64,000 nucleotides of DNA from the human T2T-CHM13v2.0 reference genome, Homo sapiens. Both the position numbers and the translations under genes were made by a program. This document shows positions 44,276-64,000 of this stretch, in pieces; within the stretch, counting starts at the first letter, position 1, and each line of letters opens with the position of its first letter. The DNA lies in the NCBI RefSeq assembly GCF_009914755.1, contig NC_060933.1. The stretch is one strand, 5' to 3'. Under the pieces are notes generated by a model that ran no database searches, was not told the origin of the DNA, and saw only the letters and a list, made by a program, of their open reading frames with translations.

Positions 44276-44555
44276 CGTGGGGCCCGCGGGCGCCCGGGCT
44301 ATAAACCCCGCCTCGCCGCCCCTCCCCAAGCCTCCGCAGCACGTGACCCGCGGCAGCACGCCCTGTCCCAAGCCCGAGTGTCACCCTCGGGCACGTCCCG
44401 GCGCCCTCCCCCAACGCCGGCCCTCCTAGAGTGGTGGGGGCCCGGTCGGGTTGAGAGGGTGTGCTGCCTGGGCGAGGGGCCCCGCCACGGGGAGAGGAGC
44501 CTGTCGGGAGCCGGGCGGGGGCCCGGCCTGGGGAGGCTGGGAGTTGGAGGTAGCC

Positions 44556-44630
44556 CTGCCTGGAGTCGGGGCGCTGCCTGGAGTCGGGGCGCTGCCTGTG
44601 GTCGGGGTCCTGCCTGTGGTCGGGGTCCTG
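44556..44630. repeat. 18-bp GC-rich minisatellite, 4 copies
   Basis: Two CTGCCTGGAGTCGGGGCG units followed by two CTGCCTGTGGTCGGGGTC units. Confidence 0.92.
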
Positions 44631-44749
44631 AGAGGCCCGGGGCAAATGGGGATGGCGCCCAGGCCGGCTTTGGGGTTTTGAAAAATGCAAACAAATTCAC
44701 ACCAACTTGTTGAACGGCGTTAGTCCTCAGAATAGAACTCTAAAAATGG

Positions 44750-46207
<1,458 letters not shown>

Positions 46208-46617
46208 CTAACCCAGTTTCTTAACCAATCTTGCATGCACACAGATACTGTTGATCATATTTAAAGCTCCAAACGGACCCATTAAAATGGTATCCCTTAT
46301 CCCATTATACCTGAATATATAATAGTACTTACTTAGCAAGAAAAATTAAAGTATTTTTACCCCTCCTCCCCACATGTAATTCAAAATAAAATACTAAGCC
46401 ATAAATACTGAACCATAAAATGTTATGAAGTCCAAAAATGTTCTGGTTTGGGTTTTTTCCTATGTTGCCATCTTCAGTGTTTTAAGTAATTAAATTATTA
46501 TGTTTTTCTTTTCTTTTTCGTGTTCCGGCGCTGTTTGTTCCCTAAGCAAATGTTTGCTCTGCTTATTGATAATCCATCCCTGCTCTAATGACCTCTTACT
46601 TTGCATCAGAAGACTCT

Positions 46618-46630
46618 CGCCCTTTCACCT
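46618..46630 (-). promoter_or_regulatory. PPAR response element (DR1) AGGTGA-A-AGGGCG
   Basis: DR1 with a TTTTGT 5' flank, about 2.35 kb upstream of the PLIN2 TSS; matches the known human ADRP PPRE. Confidence 0.85.
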
Positions 46631-46670
46631 ACAAAATGCCTCCATCTTTTCCTTTTTTGTTTTAAACCTG

Positions 46671-46684
46671 TGAGTCATTTCCTC
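46671..46684 (-). promoter_or_regulatory. Composite Ets/AP-1 element GAGGAAATGACTCA
   Basis: GGAA abutting TGACTCA, about 40 bp from the PPRE. Confidence 0.7.
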
Positions 46685-46991
46685 ACTTAAGGCTGAGCAA
46701 GCTTCTTTTTGCTTTTATTTGCCTGTGAAGCAGAGGGCCCCAGGGAATAATTTTGGGAACAAGAGACTCTTCAAGCCCACAAAGGATGAAGCACATCAAA
46801 TTCTGCATCCCCAACTGTTTTTCAGCTTCGTGAGTCTGAGAACATGAAACCAGTGGCAAGAATAACACCCAAGGTGAGATGTGTAGTGAAGGAAACCAAA
46901 AAATTTTACCCCAAAATATACTTCTTTCACATATTTTGAGATATGGCTGTTCAGAGGACCTGCAGGCGGAAGTAGTCCTACGAAGCTGTTT

Positions 46992-46992
<1 letters not shown>

Positions 46993-47042
<50 letters not shown>
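46993..47042. repeat. (GT)25 microsatellite
   Basis: Read directly. Confidence 0.95.
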
Positions 47043-47051
<9 letters not shown>

Positions 47052-47223
47052 GCTTGCAATATACAGAGAAAATCTGCATTGATGCAGCCAGGTGCTCTCT
47101 GAGGTTTTCCCTCGTCCAGATATAGGAAAGGTTAATGGACAGTCTGACACCTTTAAAGGTCTGAAAGAAACATCAACCATCTATTCTTTCCAATGGCTAC
47201 TACCTGTGAGGTTTCATCTACAT

Positions 47224-47561
47224 GAGCGGTCCCCAACCTTTTTGGCACCAGGGATAGGTTTCATGGAAGACAATTTTTCCATGGACCAGGGCAGGGGGAT
47301 GGTTTTCAGGATGAAACTGTTCCACCTTAAATCATCGGCATTAGATTCTCATAAGGAGCCGCAACCTAGATCCCTTGCATGTGCAGTTCACAGCGGCGTT
47401 CTTGCTCCTAAGAGAACCTAATACCAGCTGCTGACCTGACAAGAGGCAGAGCTCGGGCGGTATTGCTCACTCACCCGCCACTCACCTCTTGCTGTGCGGC
47501 CCTATTCCTAACAGGAATGTAAATGGCCACAGTGTAAATGGCCCAAAGTTTGGGGACCCCA
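47224..47561 (+). mobile_element. MER1B (hAT-Charlie) non-autonomous DNA transposon inside the MER34 LTR
   Basis: AGCGGTCCCCAACC...TTGGGGACCCC terminal inverted repeats; perfect 8-bp TSD ATCTACAT. Confidence 0.88.
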
Positions 47562-48058
47562 ATCTACATAATGAAATGACTTTTGCTAGCCAAGTTTCCA
47601 TTTCTGTCTTGCCACTAAATCCTGATTTACCACCATTCTCTGAGCCCCCAAACTTTCTGTAACCTCAGGAGGGGTATATAAGCTTCTGAGCCCACTGAGA
47701 GGTGGAGTAATTACTCTGTGGTTCCCCCACATGCCCAATAATACATTTACGTCTTTTTATAATAATACATGTATATCTTTTGACCTGTTAATTTGCTTTC
47801 CGCCAGTTGATTTTTCAGTGAACCTCCAGAGGACAAAGGAGACGTTTTTCCTTGGCCCCTGCAGTAGGTTGCCATTAGATAGGGTGTGTACAGTGTGGCA
47901 GTCCTGGGGAGTGGCAGGACATTACCAAGGATTTGGCCAACCTGAGATTCCTGGAGGTTTTCAGGGTTTTGTTTGGTTCCCTCCAGGATTCGATTTACCG
48001 TCATTCAGCATCTGGCTCCTGTCTCTTTCTCACCAGCTTCTTCTCCGGACTTTACCTG

Positions 48059-48984
48059 TGTGAAAGGAAAATAAATCTTGGGACCCCAAAATCACTGAAC
48101 CAAAGGGAAAAGTCAAGCTGGGGACTGTGTCACACAAACCTCCTATTCAAAGATAAGCTACATAAGCCAGGCGCAGTGGTTCATGCCTGTAATCTCAGCC
48201 CTTTGGGAGGCTGAGGCAGGCGATCACTTGAACCCAGGAGTTTGAGACCAGCCTGGGCAACATGGTGAAATCCCGTCTCTACAGAAAATACAAAAGTTAG
48301 CCGGGTGTGGTGGCATGCGCCTGTAGTCCTACTTGCTGGGCTGAGGTGGAAGGATCATTTGAGCCTGGGTGGTCAAGGCTGCAGTTGGGGACCGCTATAA
48401 TGGAGACACTGCACTCCAGCCTGGATAACAGAGTGAGACTCTGTCTCAAAAGAAAACAAAACAAAAAAGCTACATACCTCCCTCATAATTTGCCCACTAG
48501 GAAATTCCTTGTGGGCCCCAAGATCTTTACCCTAAAAAGTTCTGTTGAATTTCATCCTCACAATGTAAATTGATAGCTTATATTCACAGATGTGGGACAT
48601 AGGACAGAACACAATAGCATCCCTCTGCTCACCTGAGACAAATTAATATTTGATTGCTCCCTCTGGCCTATGTTTATTTTATCTTATTTAAAAATGCAGA
48701 TTCACTGAGCTAGATGAATGCGTGACTATTCCTCTACCCCCCCATCTCACATGTCAATGGCTAATCAAAGACTCAAAGGAATGCAACCATTTGCCTCTTA
48801 CTGGCCCACACCCCTTAACAATTTCTCCTCTCCCCAATATCCACTCCTTTCCCCTTTAGATATTGAAACCCTCAAAATCATCTTTGGAGAAAGGCACAGA
48901 CCTGTCTCCCATGTGTGTGTCCTTACCCTTGGCAAAATAAACTTCTAAATTGATTGAGTCCTGTCTCAGATACTTTGTGTTGCA
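48059..48984 (+). mobile_element. MER4-group (MER4C-like) ERV1 LTR interrupted by an Alu (48165-48468)
   Basis: TGTGAAAGGAAAATAAATCTTGGGACCCC start; AATAAA then ..TGCA end. Confidence 0.75.
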
Positions 48985-49176
48985 CCTATCTTAAACTTTA
49001 AGCTCTAGTCACACAGATTTACTTACAGTCCTTTGAACACATCCTATTATAGGATTCCTGTATGTCATTGCTCATGCTGTCTCCACCTTGTTCACTGGGA
49101 ATTTATCCTTCAAATTCCCACCTGAGGGTGGTGGACAGATGCCACCACCCCCAGGAAGACCTCCCGACTACCTTAG

Positions 49177-49902
<726 letters not shown>

Positions 49903-49998
49903 CCAACTTATTATTTCTTAGAAGTCACTCTTAATAAAATTATCGTGGATTATCTGGTTAACCAGTACTCATAACTGACCTATATAAATGCTTTGCAG

Positions 49999-50320
49999 CA
50001 GTGGTTCTCAAAGTGGGGGTCCTGGGTCAATAGCATTAGCATCACGTGGGAACTTAGAAATGCAAATTCTCAGGCCTCACCCCAAACCTAGTAAATCAGA
50101 AATTCTGTGTGTGGGCCCTGCAATCTGTGTTTTGATAATTCCTTCAAGTGATTCTTATAATTTCTAAAGTTTGAAAGCTACTGTTTTACAAATGTGTTTT
50201 CTCATGGTGGTCTGGAAACTATCAGAATCACCGAAGATGTTTGTCAAACGTTATGCCTCCTCCCCCAGACCTACTGAGTCAAGATCTATGAGGGGTGGGG
50301 CCCAGAAGCCTGCATTTGTG
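49999..50320. mobile_element. MER5A element plus an adjacent partial MER5
   Basis: CAGTGGTTCTCAAAGTG..AGAAATGCAAATTCTCAGGCC..TTTGAAAGCTACTG. Confidence 0.75.
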
Positions 50321-50329
50321 ACGATAGGT

Positions 50330-50600
50330 GCCACCACTTTACTCTTCACAAAGCACTTTCCCATGTCGCTCATATTTGAGCCTCACAACAGCCTGGAAAC
50401 TTGATGGAGTGGGGTTATTACTCCCATCTTAACAGTAAAGAAACAGTCTCAGATAAGTTATATGATCTGGCTATAGTTTTATGACTAAGCAGCAAGCTAG
50501 GCAAAATTAGATCCCAGAGGCATGACCTGGGCTAGTTACCTAATTTCTTTTTGTCTTAGTTTCCTCATATGTAAAGTGGAGATAATAATAGCTCTTCATG
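50330..50600. mobile_element. MIR fragments in both orientations
   Basis: TTAGTTTCCTCATATGTAAAGTGGAGATAATAATAG core. Confidence 0.6.
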
Positions 50601-50621
50601 TTTTACGTAAAGGTTTTATAA

Positions 50622-52569
<1,948 letters not shown>

Positions 52570-53452
52570 TCACTCAACAGAATAATGCCAGGCACATAGA
52601 AATGGTAGCTATTATTCATGGTTTTTTGTTTGTTTGTTTGTTTGTTTGTTTGAACACACCCCGAGAACTGTTGCCTAAGAAAGCCTTCCTGGGCATTGAG
52701 CTGAAGAGAGCTCAGCTCACAGGATTATTGGAAGGGACTTCAAGGGACCAGTAATATCCCAGGCCCTTTCCAGTCTGCCTTCCTAGACTAAGAAGTATAG
52801 GAGACTCTGCTGGAAAAGCCACCTTTTCTAGAGTTTGTATTATAGCAACTCAGGCTTCTTTGGGTATGTTGCTGATGCAAAGTAATATTGATATAGCAAG
52901 AAAAAAAAATCTGGCAGTGGAGTTTCCTCTTCCAGAGACAAGACAACAGCCTCCCTTTCTTCCCATAATTTCTCGTCCCTCCCCCAAGAGCTCCATGTGC
53001 TCCAGCTACAGCCACCTGCATCCCTTTCTTCATTAAGCTCATCCTCCCTGTCATAGCTCCTCTTCAGATATACTGCTCCCTCTGTCTGTATTGCCTGACC
53101 CTCTGGAAAACTCCACTTTCTCTGTGTAGCTCAGCTTTTCACCTCTCTGAGGCGCTCCCCAGCCCTAAATCATAAACTAGTAAATGGCAGAGCCGGGCCC
53201 TGCATAGGGTTTGTCTAATTCTAAAGTCTACATTGCTACTTCTGCTAAGTGTGTGCTCTTGGGCAACAAATACACTTAACCTGACAGGCTTCAGTGTCCA
53301 CATAGACATCATAAGATGAAGGAATTAGACTTGATGATATCTAGGGTTCCCTTCAGTTGTGTTGTCTTAATCAAAAACAACAACAAAAACAATTGCTTAC
53401 ATTGTATATGGCTTTATAATGTCCTTTCCAAAACATTATCTCAGACAGGTGA

Positions 53453-54240
<788 letters not shown>

Positions 54241-55339
54241 TGATTTCTGTTTTGACCAGTTCAACTTCCATGCAAACTGGTCAGCAGCAAGAACAATTTC
54301 TTGGATGACTCAATTACTCAGCATTCTTAATCACCCCTGAACTTGATCCTCTGCTTTTCTTTTTGTGTTTCTTCTCCAAATACCATGAAGAGGAAAAGGC
54401 AATGCCTTTTTCACATGGACCTTGTTTTGACTTTGTTTCCAAAGAGACCAACCTCCTTCTCCCCATCTAAACCAAGTCTTTGAGCCTGCCCTGGCCCCTT
54501 CTCTTTCTGAAACAGGTAATTCAAGCAAAAGGATTCAAAAGATAGACCTTGTCAATTTCAAATCTATTTCTCATCTAGACTACTTGTCTTCTCTATTTTG
54601 CAGCTAGCTGTATGTTTGGGATCTCATAAACTGAAATTATCCTGGGCTGTCACAATTTCAAGTATTTTTATTCTCTTTACATGAATGTGGTTGTTTAGTG
54701 AATTCATAATTGTAGCTTGCTTTTTATTATTTGTTTATATCCAATTCATTCTCCACCACACAAAAGATTTAAACTGCCTTACAAAAATGCACAGATTATA
54801 GGAGGAATAAATTTTAAGTAGGCAAGAAGAATAAAGCAAAGAGAAATTAAGAAGAAGATTTTAGTTTTCTGGGTTTTTGTTTTGTTTTGTTTCGTCTTTT
54901 TGAGACAGGGTCTTACTCTGTCACCCAGGCTAAAGTGGAGTGACATAACACTTATAGTTTTTATATTGTCATCACCACATCAAGCAATTAAGGTTCACAA
55001 TAGGAAAAACTCATGATTCAACAAAAATGAAGAAACAACTCCTAATCTACTGTATACAAATAAGGTGTGCACTGGAGCTTATCAATTACATTAAGCTCTT
55101 TTGTGGTTTCTTAGTGGAGCATTGTATAATGGAAAAACCATTGACTTTTTTTTTCAGGCAGCCACTGAATCAGAATAGGTTCAGAGAGACTCCTGAAAAA
55201 CCACTGACTTTGAAATCAGATTCCCAACTTTGAATCCATGCATACTATGGTGATAATAATACCTACCTCAAAAGATCATTGTGGAGAAAAATACGACAGT
55301 GTATATAAAAACCTAAACATAGTACAAGGCAAGTAGTAG

Positions 55340-58457
<3,118 letters not shown>

Positions 58458-59635
58458 GGTGGGCCAGGCACGGTAGCTCACACCTGTAATCCCAGCACTT
58501 TGAGAGGCTGAGGCAGGCAGACCACCTGAGGTCAGGAGTTCAAGATCAGCCTGACCAACATGGAGAAACCCCGTCTCTACTAAAAATACAAAAATTAGCC
58601 AGGTGTGGTGGCATATGCCTGTAATCCCAGCTATTCAGGAGGCTGAGGCAGGAGGTTTGCTTGAACCCAGGAAGCGGAGGTTGCAGTGAGCCAGATCGCA
58701 CCATTGCACTCTGGAATAGCTGCCTCTGCAGTTTTGTTGGAGGCAAGTGCTGTTGCTAGCCACGTTTGGGAAAAAAACAAAAAACAAAAAACAAAAACCC
58801 TGAAACCTTTTATTTTGGCTCAGTATTTTTTTTTTTTTAAGAGGCAAAGTTTCACTGTGTTGTCCAGGCTGGCCTCAAACTCTTGGGCTCAAGCCGTCCT
58901 CCTGCCTCAGCCTCCCATGTAGTTAGGACTACAAGTGCAGGCTTGAGAAGCCATGTCCAGTTCAAGCTAGGCTTCCTTCATTTTTGTGAAGATGCCTGAT
59001 CCTTTCATTTCTGAGTCCTGTTTTTTGAGAGCCAGTAGGAAAGAGGAGTAGGAGAAAAGGAGTGATTTTTTATATATATTACTACGTTAATTTTGGAAAG
59101 AGAACTGAGCTAAAGTTTCAGGAATAACTTAACCATTATATTCACTGTCTATACCTCAACATTCCAGCTATGGAATTGCATTTGGCAAATATTCTTTTCT
59201 TAGGTTGGCTTCTGACAGGGCTAATATTAGTAGTTCTTAATGACTCAAAAACAACTGAGGGAGTTAGGGGTACTATGACTTTACCAATCAGTGCCAGTGT
59301 ATCTCATTCTCTGAGTTGGTAGAGTGAATCCCTCAAGGTCAGGATTAATTTTTGTCATCCCTGGACAAGTCATTTCTTTTATCTGGGCCAATTACTCAAA
59401 GTTCCACATTCAACTTAATATTTCATTAAAGAAAAATCCAAAAGGCTTCACTATGTGAAGACAGAGGGTTACATCATGATTTCCAAAGTTTAGCAAACAT
59501 GTGATTACCACACTACTTACAAATGTTATGAAATCCATCAAGAATTCAGAATTTATCTTCTAAAATGTAAGGCTATATTGATGTCAAGTCAGCCTGATGT
59601 AATTTTAACAGATCTCTAAAACACACAAAAAATCA

Positions 59636-60082
<447 letters not shown>

Positions 60083-60091
60083 CTACCATAG

Positions 60092-60286
<195 letters not shown>

Positions 60287-60330
60287 TAATTTTTTGTGTT
60301 TTTAATAGAGACGGGGTTTCACCATGTTGA

Positions 60331-60648
<318 letters not shown>

Positions 60649-61269
60649 TAGCCAGGATGGTCTCGATCTCCTGACCTCATGATCCGCCTGCCTCGGCCTC
60701 CTAAAGTGCCGGGATTACAGGTGTGAGCCACCGTTCTCAGCCTGAAACATCACTTTCGTAAGCTTCCAGAAATGTTCAGGCTTAGGCTTTAGCAAATGAA
60801 ATCACTCTAGTCTACTGTCGGAGAAGAAGAAACAGTCCATTGCTCTGAAACTAAAATACAGATCAGCCATGAATCTGCCCTTGTTGACATTCATCACTCA
60901 GATTCTGATTAGATATAACTAACAGAAATGGAATATGAACTCAGAAACACTCTGCCACCCCTCCACTCCCTATATTAACGCACCTCAGGCTGGCTTTATA
61001 GGTCTACAGATGTAACCCTGGAAATGTAGAATGGCTAAATCCAAACGTCTCTAGTTAACCAAGAGCTGAATTAAATTAATGTCATACATATAATGCATCT
61101 TGATTTTTTTTTTTTTTTTTAAGACAGAGTCTTGCTCTGTCACCCAGGCTGGAGTGCGGTGGCATGATGTCGGCTCACCGCAATCTCCACCTCCTGGGTT
61201 CAAGTGATTCTCCTGCCTCAGCCTCCTGAGTAGCTGGGATCACAGGCGCCTACCACCATGACTGGCTAA

Positions 61270-61934
<665 letters not shown>

Positions 61935-62308
61935 TAATGCTCATAGAACTAAACAACTAACAAGAGAAGTCACTGATGAGTGCTAAATTCTACCTAGAAC
62001 TTGGTTACAGAAAGCCTGTAATTGGATGCAGCTCACTGTCCTAGAAAATCCAAGCAAAATTTTACACATGTATGTGAATCAAGGACTCCCACAGCAGCTT
62101 GGAGATTGTCAGTTAGGGAGTCTCAAACTGCAAGTTAATTCATGAGCCAAAACATATTCTCTCAAATGTTCTGTAAAAGTGTGGATGTGGGAGCATAAAC
62201 TCAGCAAAGCAGCCACACTGTTACAGAATGAATAAGAATCTAGGGGGCTGGATGCGGTGGCTCACACCTATAATCCCAGCACTTTGGGAGGCCGAGGCAG
62301 GTGGATCA

Positions 62309-62657
<349 letters not shown>

Positions 62658-64000
62658 CTACTCTCTGGAACTGCTTAGTGGCTGGTGCACTGAGTGGGTA
62701 TGCCCAAAACGCACATGGTTTTACTTGCATGAGGGAGTCGAAGTTTAACTTGCAGGTTTCCCAGTAATTGTTTACAAAAGGGTTTCTCCTCAAGCCACCA
62801 CTACAGAATATCCTTGCTAGGCATAAAAAATATGGCCCCTTCCCTTCACATGCTCATAAGAACTTCAGGGATGCTTGGGCAGAAACCACACCTAGACCAC
62901 CATGTTCTTCTTCCTCTTTTTTTTTTTTTTAATAGAGACGGGGCCTTGGTATGTTGCCCAGGCTAGTCTCAAACTCCTGGGCTCAGGCGATCTTCCCACC
63001 CCATCCTCCCAAAGTGTTGGGATTACATGCGTGAGCCCCTGTGCCTGGCCTATCACCATGTTCTTGCCAGCTCTCCACCAGGTGAGCATATGAGGCTCAT
63101 AACCAGTTCTTATTTATTTAATGGAGGGTGGGGGAGATTCTGATTGGGGTAGTCTCGGACTGAACTAAATTTTAATATATTCATGTTAAATAAATGATTT
63201 GGCTACCTAATTAATAACACAATTTCCTGTGAAAGATAAAAATCAAGAACTGAAGACTATTTCCCAGAAAAAGAATAGTGGTGAATTTGTTACATTTATT
63301 CTTTCTCTCTCTCTTTCTCTCGTACCCACCCATACACACAGATTGAGACATACACTCCAAACTGCCAAGGAATCTGTTTGTGGTGCAATTTTTGGAAGTC
63401 GAAGATATTGCACATTTTAAGTCACAACCTGGCTGGGCACAGTGGCTCATAATCCCAGCACTTTGGGAAGCCGAGGCAGGCGGATGACTTGAGCTCAGGA
63501 TTTGGAGACCAGCCTGGGCAACGTGTCGAAACTCTGGCTCTACAAAATATACAAAAATTAACTGGGTGTGGTGGCATGCACCCGTTATCCCAGCTACCCA
63601 GGAGGTTGAGGTGACAGAATGGCTTGAGCCTGAGAGGTGGAGGCTGCAATGAACCAAGACTGCACCACTGCACTCCCTCCTGAGTGTCAGAGCTGTATCC
63701 TGTCTCAAAAAAAAAAAAAAAAAAGACACAATCTGCTTCAAAATCAGAAAGCATGCCATCTCGAGAGATATACCAAATAATTGGCAATGGTGATCTGGGA
63801 TAGATGGGCAGGGATCATAAAAAAACTTCCACACTTTTCATATTATATATTTCTTATAATGTTTGAACATGTTTAGTGAGCCTATATTTCTCCTTTTGTA
63901 AGCAGAAAGTATAACACAGAGAAAGTTTAAAAACAAAAGCAGCATGCCACCTCTCTTAGCAGTGGACCACATACTACCATCATTCACTTCATGCCGGACT

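Larger units (their letters stand above)
43940..44720. promoter_or_regulatory. PLIN2: PLIN2 CpG-island promoter with GC box (44306-44312), CACGTG E-box (44340-44345) and RCGTG cores
   Basis: CpG density; motifs read directly from the sequence. Confidence 0.88.
46887..47863 (+). mobile_element. MER34-like ERV1 solo LTR
   Basis: TGAAGGAAACCAAAA...CCCCAAAATATA start, CCCCTGCA end, perfect GTAG TSD at 46883-46886 and 47864-47867. Confidence 0.8.

Noticed and set aside
44329-44356. ChREBP ChoRE at the PLIN2 E-box
   Set aside because: No second E-box at the required 5-bp spacing on either side.
43768-44713. Long overlapping ORFs up to 209 aa at the PLIN2 promoter
   Set aside because: GC-rich CpG island and minisatellite are depleted of stop codons; products are low-complexity P/G/R/A sequence.

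Overview
Primate (human-type) euchromatic DNA, very Alu-dense, matching the 9p22 HAUS6-PLIN2 locus. Both genes are on the minus strand. HAUS6 (augmin subunit 6) has coding exons 1-7 here (codons 1-233; 19504 to 3595, the gene runs off the left edge) and a CpG-island promoter with ZNF143/THAP11-type and ETS motifs. PLIN2 (perilipin-2/ADRP) is complete: 8 exons, 1314-nt CDS, 437 aa, a CpG-island promoter and the DR1 PPRE about 2.35 kb upstream. The rest is roughly 100 Alu copies, L1 fragments, ERV1 LTRs (MER4, MER41-like, MER34-like, LTR8), DNA transposon fossils (Tigger3, MER1, MER5A), MIRs, a Y4 RNA retrocopy and microsatellites. Almost all of the supplied ORFs are Alu or repeat artefacts. Highlights: (1) a candidate in-frame alternative last exon of PLIN2 at 25598-25464, reachable from a 5' splice site inside exon 8, which would replace the C-terminus with a 44-aa acidic tail and carries its own poly(A) signal; (2) this haplotype encodes PLIN2 Pro251 rather than the usual Ser251; (3) a 170-bp unrecognised insertion with a 16-bp target-site duplication in HAUS6 intron 3; (4) an in-frame uORF in the HAUS6 leader. 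Repeat family names come from recalled consensus sequences, not from a search.
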